Below the pieces are notes generated by a model. The model made no database searches. It was not told where the DNA came from and saw nothing but the letters and a program-made list of their open reading frames with translations. Below, one piece after another: positions 38,801-52,100 of a stretch of DNA of 64,000 nucleotides. A program made the translations under genes and the position numbers. Within the stretch, counting starts at the first letter, position 1; the number at the start of each line of letters is the position of its first letter. The stretch comes from Amoebophrya sp. A120 (taxonomy: Eukaryota; Protista; Dinoflagellata). The stretch spans positions 1,733,216 through 1,797,215 of the forward strand of contig CAJINV010000002.1 of the NCBI GenBank assembly GCA_905178155.1, read 5' to 3'.

Positions 38801-41800
38801 TAGACGCGTTCAACGGCCCGGTCCGCACCGGCTGTTTCTGTTGGTCCATGGCCCAGGAGTGGAAATTCGCGGTTCCCTTCGCTGCGTTCGCCTGCGCGAT
38901 CGCATGCTGGCTCGTCAGGGCGTTATTAACAGCAGCTTTTCCGATCGTTCCCGGGACTTCGATCGACAAGGTTGGGGAAACGGAGGAAGTGTTCTTTAAC
39001 CCTGCGGGGACCGGACTGCTTGGAGCCGCTGTTGAATTACTTTGTTCTTCTTGATGTTCCACATCTTGACCACCACTATTCTGGTACATGGTCCCTCCCT
39101 TGCTGTAACTGAACCCACCCCCACCACCGGCGTGCCCCTGTTTAAACCCAGTGGTCGTGTAATTGTGGAACTGACTACCCGCACCTTTGCTAGGCACGTA
39201 GGGTTCTTTCGATCCCTTACTCGCAGTCGCCTTCTGCTCCGCCTTGGAAATGGCTTCCGCCTGGGCGTGGGCCGCGGCCGCTTTGGTCGTATTTTGCGAC
39301 GAGGCCGCCGCACCGTAGAAGGAATTCCAGTAGCTCGTATGGATGTGTCAGAATCGAAATTGACAAAATCGAAAAACTTGCGATGCACAAAATCGATGCT
39401 AGTTAGACCCACAGTTTGTAGTCGGCGCATGACAAATTCTACCCGCCCTGGAAGCGAATCTGTCATGCGGTTTAGGGCAAAAGAGCTGCCTTCTGTCATG
39501 CTAGTCAGCAGCCCAACACGTAACCCTTACCAGGACTACAATCCGTCTTCCTTGCATCCTCTGCAATAGAGTCGCTTTTTGTGTAGCATTTTATGCATTA
39601 CAGATCATTTCGATTTTGTTGATTTCGATCCTGACACCCCCATAGCTCGCTTGTTGCTCGTACAGGGACTGGCTGTACTGATTCGGCTTCGTATCTTTTT
39701 TCTTGTTATTCATCCGCCCGGTAGGGGGATGAGGCCCGGGCGGACCGGACGAAGGGTTCGCGGCGCCGACGGACCCGGACGGAGGAACCCATTCTTGGCC
39801 CGATATCCTGTGTACAAACGTCCCCACCGCATAGTCAAGATGGGAAAACTGCAAGACAAATCAACCTGTTTTAGTTGTTGCGCATGACAAATTTGGGCTC
39901 GCATTGTAATCCTCGTCTTTAGCTAGTGGAGCAGCATCACAGATCTAGCATATCATGTTGATGCGGGCATCACAAATCTCAAATCACCACTAGAAAATGC
40001 TTCTCATGGGTCTCCGCATGTGAAACATTTTAAGCATGCAGATTTGCATTACAACTCTGGGGTGGGGATATTTTTACACAGGATACCCGATTGCCAGTAC
40101 TGACCGGTGGAAGTGGCGGTTTCGGAGCCGGTCATCGTCGAGTTTTGGAGTTTATCCTGTGCAAAAGTATCGCACTCGTACTAATCGCATTCATGCATTA
40201 CAAATTTCTTTCTCAGGTTGAATCCGCATTACAAATTTTCTTTCTCATGCTGAGGGGATTTGTCATGCGATTTATACTAGTACGATGCTTTTGCAGTTCA
40301 TAGAGTTGACTTTGTAGTCCACCTTGCTGTTGATTTTGATTTACTCCAGCCGATGAATTTGCATTTCCTTGTCCGTACCAGCTCTGCTGATTGTTGTACC
40401 CAGAAGCCGCAGAAGTGCTTTGTGCATTCGCGTTCGCCTGCGCTAACTGCGCCACGCCGTAAGCCGCGGCGGCTTGCTGCGCCGCGAATTGCTGGGCTGC
40501 GGTTTGGATGAACGCAGTTTTGTACGCGTTGTAGTAGAGTGCCGCCTCCCGGAGTTGCTGTGCCTGCTGCATCGTGGCGATCGCTTCGTACTGCTGCTGC
40601 ACCAAAGCCAGTTGCGCGGGGTTCAAACCCGCGGCAGAACTACCGGGTGGTCCAGCAAACCCCACCGGAGCTGGCGGTTCCGGAACCGCCCGCGTCGGCA
40701 TCGGCGGACGAGGGAAGGTCGCAGTGGCTGGGTCGTAACTCTGCAAAGCGTTCGTGTTTTTCGAGTCGGAGGGTGGGGTTCCAGATGGGATGGAGATCCC
40801 GCTCTGCAAATACTGTTGCGAATCCAACTCCTGCTGTAACCACGCCGGTAAACTGGGAGGAGCGGGTGGGGATAAACCGGCGCCGGTGGAGCTACTTCCA
40901 CCTGGAGAAGCTCCTGCTGGACCCTCCTTATTCGCAGCAGTTGTTCCAGAAGAAGTCGGCTGCTGTGTAATCCCACTGTTCCCCGTACCTGCGCCCGAAC
41001 CGGGAACCGTCGTCGAATCAGTGGAGCCAAAAGCCGCGTTGTAATCGGTGCCAAAACCACCTCCAGCACTATTGTTGTACGCGTTTTTATCGTTCCACCA
41101 AGTCGGGTCGAACCAGCTCAACCACGCGTCATCCTCCCCAAGCGGCTATCAAATGCAAAAATGTCTAGGTCTGGAAGGGTGTAAACTTGTCATGCTGGTT
41201 TTTCATGACCCAGGAGGTCTGGAATGCGGGACCTAGCATGACAGAGTCTGAGAGGTCTCTGCCATTCCTATCCTGCATGAGAAACTTCCTCCAAACTTGG
41301 TCGAAACTGGACAGCTTTTGGCACTCATGCAACACAGATTTCTGCATGATTCGATTTTAGCATGACAAGTTTCAACCTTCCAGACCCAGACATTTTTACA
41401 TTTGATAGCGGCCCCCGAACTTGTTCCGGCGATCCGAAGAACGCGTGGTCGCGGAGCTCCCAGTATCAAATGCAAAAGTGTCTGGGTCTGGAAGGTTGCC
41501 AAGTTTGTCATGCATATTTTGCATGACCCATGATGCTTGTAAAGCATGGCCTAGCACCACAGACTTTTAGAGGTCGTCTTGATGCCTATTCCGCATGACA
41601 AATGCCCTTTTCGCATAGCACAAAGTGATCTACTCTTCCTGGTCATGCAATACAAATGTTTTTAGGATCCGAAGACAGCATCACAAGTTGCAACCTTCCA
41701 GACCCAGACATATTTGCAGTTCATACCCAGGAATCGAATTGACTCGCGCCTCTGCTCGGGTCAAACGTATGGTGTTGTACTAGATCCGCCTCCGCATCCT

Positions 41801-44492
41801 TCGGCCCCTTTGATCCGATTTCCCGGATTACGATTGGTTGGTCGGAATTCGTTTGTTCGGTGGAAGACCCGGTAGAAGACTCCTGGTTGTTATTCCCGGA
41901 CCGATCGGAATTCTGCGGTAGAACATTATCCGATTGCGACGGGTCTTGCAACAGACTCAAAATGTTCACCCCCTTGATTTTTTTCGAACCAGAATGGTCG
42001 TCTTCCTTCTTCTCCAACTTGTCCCTGGGCGTCGGGGATTTACTCACCAGCTGATCCTGCGCGTCGATCGGGTAAGATTTAGAAGGGGATTGATCCAACG
42101 AATCTTCCAAGTCCGCGGCCATCAACGCTTGTAACAAATTCGGAATCGGTTCTTCCGGGTTGCGGGAGCTGGTGGAGGAGAGGTGGCTGTTGGCCCCGTT
42201 CATACCGTTAGAAGTCGTGCGATGTTCATTGTTCCCCCCGTTGATTCCGTGCGATCCATTCATCGGCGACTTATTCGGACCACTCTTCTGGTTTGTACTA
42301 CTACCATGCGTCGGTGTATTCGTCGCGGACAAAATCGGGGAAATTGGCAAGACCCCACCCGAACTCGCAAGACTGGAGATCGTCCCGGAAATCCGGTTCT
42401 TCTTGGCCTCGACCTCCGGGTACTCCTTGTTGGAACATTTGTTCGTACTGGAAGGAGAATTCTCCAACGAGAAAGAGTCCCAAACGCCGAGCAAATCGTC
42501 CGTCGTCGGCTGGCGGCCGAATTGCGCGTGCTTCGACTCCGATTGGACGAGGGTAGAAGCAGTGGGGGCGCCGGTCGATTCTGTCCGTTGGACGAAGGTC
42601 GGAGAGGAGGAAGCTGTGGTTTTGCTCGGCCCGGAATTGGGCTCAAGTCCACCCGAGTTGGGGGCATCGAGTAACTCACTTGCGGTCACGGTTTGGTTCT
42701 CCGATGGGGCGTTCATGAGCTCCTTCTCCTGCTGGCCGTACCGGCGGATCAGTTGGTCGTCTTCCTGCTCGAGATAGTACGGACCGGAGAGACGGATACC
42801 TGTAGGGAGATGTTTGTCATGGGTCCTCGAGATCATGCATTACAAACAGGAAATTTGTGTTGCAAAGCCTGAAAGCATATCGCAGTCTGTCATGCACAGA
42901 AAAACAACGAAGAAAAACACTTCTATACCAAGCTGTCCTCCTTTGTGAAAAATTTCGAACGGATCCTGGTTCAACACGGTCTTGATCAGCGGTAGCCGAC
43001 CGCAGCTGTTCCACACTTCCAAGAAGTTCGCATCGGATAAAATATCCGCGGCGAGCATTTCCTGCCCAGTCGTGTCCTTCATTTCCTTCTCCCCGTTCTG
43101 TTCCGCCGTTTCACCGGTAGTGGCCTGGTTCTGGTTGTTATTCTTCAATAAGTTCACCAAAGCCATCCGGAGTCTAGCCGTTTGGATCTTCAGCTCCGCA
43201 ATCCCACCTCTTTGCCGCTTTTGCTGCAATAATTGTCTGATCTTCCTCCCCGCGAGCTCCGTCTGCATTCTCGTACCCCGGATGATCACACGCGGTAACG
43301 GGATCGCGTCTTTTTCAACAAAGATGCTTGCGCCCGTGTCTTCGCGCAACGCCCGGATGGTGGACGCGTTCCGGCCGAAAATCAACCCGAGATGCCGTTC
43401 CTCCACATCGATGACATCCCGGACCAAATTGTTATTCGTGTTTTGCTGCAAAGACGAAGAAGAAGAATTCGGCCCACCAGTTGATTGCTGCGAGTGCTGC
43501 CGGCCGGTCGCACCTAAACCCGGCGGTTCGCGCATAGAGACATCGCCAGATGACCCTTTCATCCAGGAATGCTGCTGTTGCGTCGTCTGGTACGAACTAC
43601 TTCCGTAGCTATTCACCCGATTCTGCAAGGAAACAAACTGCTCGTTACCGGAAACGGTCCCAGCGGCGGACGTCGCGGTCGTGTAGTCCGGAGTAGAATT
43701 TGTGTTGCTGCGCTGAGTCGTATTCACAAAGGGCGGAGCACCCGCTCCCGCATCCTCGTCATTCATAAACTTCCGAACGTGTTCGTCGAAGGAGATAATG
43801 TTCGCGCCAGACGGACCGGTAGGCGGAGATTGCAACGGCGAACCGCTGTAACTCACCTGCGGAGAAGAGAGGTTTGACCGGGAGTCACCCGTGATGTCGT
43901 CCGTCAACCCCACGATACCGGAAAACCCGGTTGGTAACCCAGGTAACATCGGTGGAGGCAGAGGCGGCGGAGAACCCGGATTCCAGCTCGAAGTCGGCGA
44001 AGTCCCCGCACCGGAGCTGACCGTGTGTAAATTGTTACTCGATCCGGTGGACACACGGCGGAGAGTCGAAGTGGAGTTCGCGGTTAATTGTTGCTGCACG
44101 ACCAAAGTACTAGTATTTTGGTTCATCCCGCCAGTACCACTCATCGTCCTCTGAGATTCTGCAGACAACAATTTCTGCGTCAGCGACTGCCCCTCCTCCG
44201 ACTGCAATCTCGATTGGATCGGGGACGGAGGGAACGAATTGAAGTTACTCGTGTTCTCGCCGCCAGGCGCTGCAGTTGTCATACCCGGTGGACTCGGTGG
44301 TTGGACGTAACTCGGAAGTTGCAAAGCTTCCGGGCCATCGTTCCGCCCACCAGGAACTGAACCTTTACTCCCCATCGGACTGGGCGGTGGTAGACCGGTC
44401 GGCGGTGGCGGCGGAACGAACCGGGAGGGTGGGGAAGACCGCGTCGGCGGCTGGAAACTGGAGCTCTCTTTGGACTCCTGGTTATTTTCCAT
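35812..44492 (-). CDS. KH-domain and C-terminal SH3-domain protein, largely disordered; 10 exons, ~2,180 aa
   Basis: Eight introners and one GT-AG intron removed give a 6,543-nt frame. KH: IDVEERHLGLIFGRNASTIRALREDTGASI. SH3: FLSVKAGDVILV..GWS...EEGWIPTSF. Confidence 0.8.
36421..36760. mobile_element. Family H introner (singleton)
   Basis: ~50-bp imperfect TIRs, perfect TSD gcatt, internal 19-bp tandem duplication at ~36602-36641. Confidence 0.88.
38136..38284. mobile_element. Family C introner
   Basis: TIRs, perfect TSD agaat, frame restored. Confidence 0.92.
38378..38595. mobile_element. Family B introner
   Basis: TIRs, perfect TSD gacag, inverted relative to the 7553 copy. Confidence 0.92.
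39338..39644. mobile_element. Family G introner (singleton; TIR tatgg..tgtcag.atcgaaat..acaaaatcgaaa)
   Basis: TIRs, perfect TSD gctcg, frame restored. Confidence 0.9.
39804..40085. mobile_element. Family F introner (TIR tatcct..gtaaaaacgtcccca)
   Basis: TIRs, perfect TSD cccga, frame restored. Confidence 0.9.
40153..40302. mobile_element. Family C introner
   Basis: TIRs, perfect TSD gagtt, inverted relative to the 12524 copy. Confidence 0.92.
41147..41407. mobile_element. Family A introner
   Basis: TIRs, perfect TSD gcggc, frame restored. Confidence 0.92.
41464..41725. mobile_element. Family A introner
   Basis: TIRs, perfect TSD cccag, frame restored. Confidence 0.92.
42800..42928 (-). 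other. Canonical GT-AG intron
   Basis: G|GTATAG...CTACAG|GT, frame restored. Confidence 0.8.
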
Positions 44493-46121
44493 TGTTGAAG
44501 GAGGTTTTTTGCCTTTGGTAGAAGTTTTTGGCGGACTTCAGGATCTCGATGAAGAAGAAGATTACTCGACGATCTCCGCAACCGCACAGCCTCCCGTGCT
44601 GTCCAAGTCCAACACTGACTCGCCCAAAAGCGGAAAATATAACTCTGTTTCGAAGGTTTCTTGTGGCACTACAAGGTGTACTGCGCTTGTAATTTTTGTG
44701 TGTACAACACCTCTTCACCCTGACATTCTCTACTACTTCCGAAAGTAGACTAGTACATCTTCATCCTTCTCCTCAGGATGAAGTTCGTGATGTCAAGGCC
44801 TACGTATTGCAATTCAAATTTTTCACTTTTATTTCGCGATCAAAATGGTATGAGAGATCGAGATGTTGTTGAGAAAAACTGTGTGGTAGAAATTGAGTAT
44901 CAATATCACCAGAAACAACAACAGGGTCGTTCTAGCGATATGACAGAAATGGTATAAACAAACTATGATGTTGAGATGTTAAAATGTATAAACCAAATGT
45001 AGTGAGTATCAACCACTATGCCGCCCTATGTGGTCCACTAGTAAAGAAAGGTCAGTAATTTTTATCGCGTCGTTAATTATAAAAGGAACTTGGGTCGTTG
45101 TCGTACTTGATAGCGCGAAATTTTGGTGGGAATACAAACCGTCTCAATTCCCTGGCAGAGTAGAGGATTTTTGTAGCGGAAAAAAATTGCGAGGCTCGCA
45201 AGCGGAAAAAACGAGGCAGAGGACGAAAAAACGAAAGAAACCGAGGATTCTATCGCTAGCACTGTGTCATGCAGCTGCTCAAAACCGAGGAAGTCAAAGA
45301 AAGTAGTGCATCCGCAATACCGATATTTCTTTGGAGTGGTAATATGGAAAGAAAACATTCCACCGAGAACTTGTTGCTTCTGAATGTCATACAATAGAGG
45401 GAAAAAAAATTCCGAAAAAAACGAAACGATGATTGCTTTGCCGGGTGAACAGATACGATGACATCACTCAACAGACTGTTTTTCTTTCGCTGCATTGCTC
45501 ATGCGGCTACACTTCTCAGCCACAATATTCTAACCGAAATTCTGTATGACTCTACTGCTTGGTCTCACGTCTCCTTCTTGTACAGAGGTTGCATTTATGA
45601 ATTTTTGATTGTTCATGTTGAAATTTGAAACGGGTCGACTACATTTCGTTGTACTTGCTCGTTGTATTCGTTTTCTGCTGTGCGATTCATTCTACAAAAA
45701 AAGTGTGCATCCATCTCATGAAAAACAAATAACTTGGGCTCGGAAATTAGTATCACTATCGGATTGTATCACTATCGGATTCTTGGAACCCTGTTGACAC
45801 AGATTGTCTTTTCGTCTTTCGCTTTCTGATTCTAGTTTGTACTATATTCTCTGGAAGTTTTTCTCAAGACCGCCGCACTCTGCATGCACGTTTGCATGCT
45901 TTGCGCAGGACCTTGATTGCGTGTCTAAAATCTGTTTTCATAGTTGGCAACTGCTCAAAAGCAGCAGTGTCTAAAAAGAAAAAAGCCTATTTCCATAAAT
46001 TCAAAACGGACTGAAAATCTAAAAAAATTCATCGCGCGTCATTAGGTTTGGCATGCGCGACATTTCCCTAGGATTGGAACCGGAATCCTATTCCTAATCG
46101 CATGCACAACTTCTCTCCACC

Positions 46122-49100
46122 CTAAAGGAAGGTGTTGCTCCCCATACTCAGCAGCGTGTCCGCGATCTTGCTTTTAGGGTGCAAAAATCCCCTTGCCGCG
46201 ATTTTTCTCTTCGACACTGGCATGAAATTCCCGTCCGCCTTCTTCCCTGCAACGTGGTCGTCGATGATCCTAGACGCTTTTGTGATCGCGGTGCCCGCAT
46301 TGGAGCTTTTTTTCCTCCTCCTGACAAATTTCGCCATGTTGAAGATGTTTTTCGGCCTTTTGCTTGGAGCTTTGCTTGTGGTTTTCTTCTTCCTGAGCGC
46401 CATCTTCCTCGCAGGTTGTGGGACTGGTTGTTCTTCTAAGCGTTGTGCGGAAGGTTTTGTTTCATCCAAGATGTCCTTCAACTGCTGCAAAGTTTTCTTC
46501 GCAGCTGCAACGTCTAGTTCTTGTTCCTTCCGGGGAGCCGCAGGACGACGGGAGTGGACTGCTGCACGGATTTTATTCAGTTTCACTTCGTCCAGATAAT
46601 CCGTTTTTTTCAATTTCTGTCTCTTCTTCTCCCCAGAAGATGACCTCCTTGCTTCGTCTAACAGCAATTCGTCTTCTCCGGGATACAGGTACTCATTGCC
46701 ATTCACCCCATCCGCTTCCCCGTCGCCGTTCAAATCAGCAGAAGGATCGTTGTTGGCGCTCTCGTCGGAAGATTCTTCTTCTGCTTCGTCGGAATCCTCG
46801 TCCTCGTCGTTTTTCGATGAATCATCACCAGTAACCACACCAGTGACCTGCTCCGCCCCCCCGGTGAGAGCATCGGTGAGACCACTGACCGCGTCGCTAG
46901 CCTGTTCCGCACCACTCGATACCGCATCAGTAGCAGCGGTACCAGCCTCTCCTGCACCACTTGAAACAGCACCAGTAACACCAGCCGCAGCTTCACCAGC
47001 TTTCCCTGCAGTACCCGAAACCGCATCAGACACACCAGTAGCAGCGGTTCCAGCCTCTTGCACGATTTCATCCTTATACTCGTCATCCGCTGACGCCGGC
47101 GTGTCTAAAATCGGCTCGTCGACTGTCGTGGTCGCGTTGGTACTCACGGTAGTTTCATTCGCTGAGCTGCTGGTGTCACTTTCATCTTGTTCAGCCGTTT
47201 CTGCACTATCAGCTTCATCGCTTTCCTCCTTCTTGTCATCATCATCTTTCGACGCCTGTTCATCTAAAATCTCTTTCCCCTCCGGCAAATTTTCCACTTC
47301 CTTCTGCACTTTCTCCTTGGTGTCGTTGACAAAGCCGCTTGTCAGCGGGTCTTTTTTCAAATTTTGCTGCCACTTCAAATTCTCCATGCTATTCGCGATG
47401 TTCTCCGCCGTATGGGATGAATATCTGTCTGGGTCTGGAAGAGTGCAGGTTTGTCATGCTTGTTTCACATGGCCCTTAAATCTGTTATGCAGCAGCAGGA
47501 AGAAAGCCAGTTGCCGGTGATGCAAAAATGGAGTTTGCCATGTGATAAGTGAAACACATAGGATCTCAAAAACTTGTCATGCGCAGCTGCGTATTGCAAT
47601 GTGCCCACCATTCGCAAACTAGCATCACAAGTTTCCAGACCCAGACAAATTTGCATTTGATACGCCGTTTTTTCGTACACTTTCGTCATCAAATCCTTCT
47701 CCGCTTGGGTTTGCTCGAGTTGTGTATGGTACGCCTCCGCGACTTTCTCATACGCTCCGGCGACCGTGTACTTGGAGCGGATGTCGTCGAGAAGGGACTT
47801 CAAAACCGGTGATTTGTAGAGATCATCTGCGTATGCAGTGCAAACGTATCGTAGTCGCATAAATTGCATGACAGATCTAGTAGGCTCTTGATATATTGCA
47901 ATCTTCCTGAAAAAAAATGTAAATGCCATGCAATTTTCACTACTAGTACGATACATACTCTTGCAATGCATAATGTGCTGTTGGAACCACTGTCGTCCTG
48001 CAGTTTCTTCACGTCCTCCAACGCTTTGGTGATGGAATCCTTATCGGTCAAACTTTTCGCCAACTCCTTCACGTACTCCGTGTCCGGCAGCATCGCTAAC
48101 TTCCCCACCGCCTTTATCCTGAGTAAAAGCGTCCCCATACCAGAGTCAAGTTGGGAACTTAGCAACACAAACCCAGAAGTTTTGGGAGCCACACATGACA
48201 AGTTGCAGTCCGTAGTGTAGTGCAGGTTAGCAACGGAAACCGCACCACAAATCCATCTGCTCATCCTGTTTTCAGCATTACAAATACCAAAACATGGCTG
48301 AAAACGCCTCTCTTGGGTCTGCGCATTACAAGTGTTCCTGTAATCGCAAATCTGCATGACAACTCTGGGGTGGGGACGTTTTTACACAGGATAGCTTTCG
48401 CCAATTCCGATTTCGCAACCGACTCCGCCATCTCCCGTTGAATATCCGCGGTGGAGGCTTGGGGCGCCAGTTCATTGGTCTCGGAAACGAGTTCGGTGGT
48501 CTCCCATTTCGACGTTTTGGTTTGCTGTTTTGTGTTATTTATGCTTCAAGGTCAAGCATGACAAAGCAGATCACACTAAACACAATATGCATGACAAAGT
48601 AGATCGAAAATAAAACCATCTATACCGGGTCATACACCAAGTGTTTTTTCTCCTCCGTCCTTTTTCTCGGACTCCGCATGAAGGTCTCGATCGTGTGCGA
48701 TAAAGGCGCCAAGGTCGACTGCACTAAAATTTGCAACCTCGATTCCATGTCACTTAACTGTCCGTGCATCTCCTCCCGAGTGACATCCGTTTCGTTCCCG
48801 AGATTTTTACTCATCAAAGAAACCGCGTTGTCAATATCCTCGAAAATCGTCTCGAAAGCGTCCATTTGGTCTTTCTCCATCTTGCTAACTTGGAAGAGAT
48901 CTTCGGTGACGTTCTTCATTCGTCTCAAAGACCCTTGCACGTCTTCCCGGACCGATTGCATCTCGGCCCTAACTATCGTATGAAAAAACTGCTTCACTGT
49001 GATGATTTTGCAAGACCTGCTTCACAAGTTTGAGTTTCGTTTGCGACACATGACACAGAAAATCAAAATTTGCCATGCGCGCTTCCCTAGAGAAAACACG

Positions 49101-52100
49101 CTCAAAAACCGAATGTCTTGCAGGCACAGCAACACAAACACTTGACTTTCGTGTTTGATTCCACGCATGACAAGTTCACAGTGAAACAATTTTCCTTGCG
49201 GTACCAACGGCTGTAATGGTGTTCTGCGTGTCGTCGATCGCGGTAGTGACGTTTCCGACTTTGTCCTTCAACTCAGACACCGCCTCGGCGATACTTGTTA
49301 CGTCAGACAGCGTGTTCTGCCAAGTATCGATGATCGTGTCGATGTCCGTGAATTTTTCCGCCACCGTATCCTGAGGAAAAACGTCTCAATCCCAGAATTG
49401 TCATGCAGATTTGCAATGACAAGGACATTGGTGATGCGCATACCTATGGCAGACATTTCCAGTCGTGTTTTGGAATTTGTGATGCTGTGAACAGGATAAG
49501 CAGATGGATCTGTGATGCGGCTGCAGTTGCTAACCTGCACTACACTACGGAGTGCAACTTGTCATGCGTGACTCCCAAAGCTCCTAGGTTTGTGTTGCAA
49601 AATCCCCATCTTGACTCTGGTGTGGGGACGTTTTTACTGAGGATAGACCGCCATGGTGTCCGTTTTCACTTCCTGCATCCGGATCTCGTCGGCTTTTCTT
49701 TTCGCTAGAATCTCTTCATCGGACAACAACGTCGGCTCCTCCTCCATTGGATTTGTCCCTAACGCCAGTGTCACCGTTTTGTTCGTTTGTTCAGATGCTG
49801 CTTTGATGGTCTCTAGATATTCCACCATCTTTTCAAACAGCTGATCCCTCGCTTCTTCTATCGTAAGAAAAAACTGTTTCACTGTGAGCCTGTGATGCAG
49901 AGAACGAAGCAACAAAGTGTTTGTCTTGCTACACATGCAACACAACGGATTTTTAGGCGTGTTTTCCCCTGGGAAACACGCATGACAAATGTTCTGTGTG
50001 ATGTGTAGCAAACTTGTGATGCAGATCTTGCAAAACCATCCCAGTGAAACAGCTTTTCGTGGGATATCTTCCGTGGCCGGGTTCATTGCGGTGACGCCAG
50101 AAGAAGAGCCAGATGAAAGCGTGAAGTTGTCACTACTGTACAATTTCGCAGCAATCCCCTCGACTTCCTCTTTGATCCTCTGCAACAGCTGGTAGTGCTC
50201 CTGTTTCTGCTCCTCTGGGGTCGCCGATAAAACTCGTTCGCCGCCCGACTCAGATGAAAGCGAACTCGCAGCCTTTTTCCCATAAGCCGTGTTGTTCAGA
50301 ATCTCCCCCAACTGCGCCGCCTCCTGCTCGGACAGCATGTCTTGGTTTTGTATCATCGCATCCTGCACCTTCAACAGCCCCTCCGTGACCTTTTCACTCA
50401 CTTTTGCCGCGATCTCGTCGGCGTTGGTGGTTGTTGGGCTAGAGGACGCCGCCCCTGAGGTGGCCATCCCCGAGGAGCTGTTCGACGTATCGTCAGAAAA
50501 GCCAGAGTCTGCTGGGGACTGAGATTCTGAATCCGTTGCGCTGTTGGAGCCGAGAGTAGATGAGGCAGTTGTAGCAGGATCATCCCCACTACTCGCAGCC
50601 GACGCTCCGCCGCTCAACTGGTTCTTCAATTCCTGCACCACTGCGGAAGCTACATTTTTCCCGCTCAACTGCTCGCCCAAAGTGTTGATTTTGTTTTCCA
50701 ACACTGTCGGGTCGTACTGATTCCCCAAAGCAGCCGAGTCGTCGATCTTGTGCACGTTTTGCCAGTCGGTTAGGTTCAAGCCGGCGAGTTGAATGTTGAG
50801 TTTCTCTATGAAATGCAAAAGTGTCTGGGTCTGGAGAGTTGTGATGCTGGGTGGCGTATCGTATGGAGGCCACAAGTGCTGGCTCAGCATGACAAGTTTC
50901 TGAGCTTCTAGGTGTTGCCTATTCTGCATGACAGACTGCGTCTCTGCATGACAGAAAAGTGGCGCTCTTGGGTAACGCGTATGACAGATTTGAGAGTCAT
51001 GCCAGACAAGCATGACAAACGTGCACTCTTCCAGACCCAGACATTTTTGCATTTCATATTCTCTAGCAACTGTTTAATCTCGTCGGCGTTGGTGGTTCCC
51101 TGTGTTTGGAGGATCGCAAACTGCTCGGCTAGAACGTTCTTCACCTGTGTGGCGAGCGTCGGGGTGCTTGTCATCTCACCGCTCATGTAGCCACTGCCAC
51201 TCCCGTCTGTTGTGCTGCTATTCATCCTATGGATTGGAAATATGTCTGGGTCTGGAAACTTGTGATGCGGGTAGGACAATCATGATGACGTCTCAATTTG
51301 CAGCTCAGCATGACAAGTTTCTGAGTGCCTACGGTGTTGTGTATTCTGCATGACAAATCGCGTTTCTGCATGACAGAAAAATGGGGCTTTTGGGTAATGT
51401 GCGTGACAGCCTTTGGAGTCATGCTAGCAGAGCATGACAAGCCTTGGATTCTTCCAGACCCAGTCACTTTTACATTTGATACATCCCACCGTCGTTGAAG
51501 CCAGAACCCGCACTACCACTTCCGATCCCGAAAGTTTGGTTGATCGCGTCCAACGCCTTAAACAGTTTCACCGCGACGGTCTCCTGATTTTCCTTTACCG
51601 AATTATCCAATGACGCGATGACGGTCTGCAGCTCGTCCCTGTATCAAAGGTAAAAGTGTCTGGGTCTGGAAGATTGCAACTTGTGATGCTGTCTCTGCAT
51701 TATACAAAAATCTGTATTGCATGACCAGCAAGAGGGCTCCAGTTTGTGCTATATGGGGAGGGTATTTCTCATGCGGGATAGGCATCAGAAAGCCCGCTAA
51801 AAATCTGTGATGCCAGGTTATGCATTACAGACGTCATGTGTCATGTAAAATCTGCATGACATCCAGACCCAGATATTTTTACATTTGATACCCTGACCTT
51901 ATTCGCGATTTCAGTCGCGGAAACCCCGGCGTTGCTGTAAACGGTGTTGCCAAATGTACTAGATGAATTGCTTGTGTCATTCCCAGAACCTCCGTCGCAG
52001 CACCCTTGGTCCTTAATCGCTTTTACCACTTTCTCCGCAACATCCTCCTGATTTTCCTCCACCGCGTTTTCTAGTGTCGCAAACGCGTCCGCGAGCTCCA

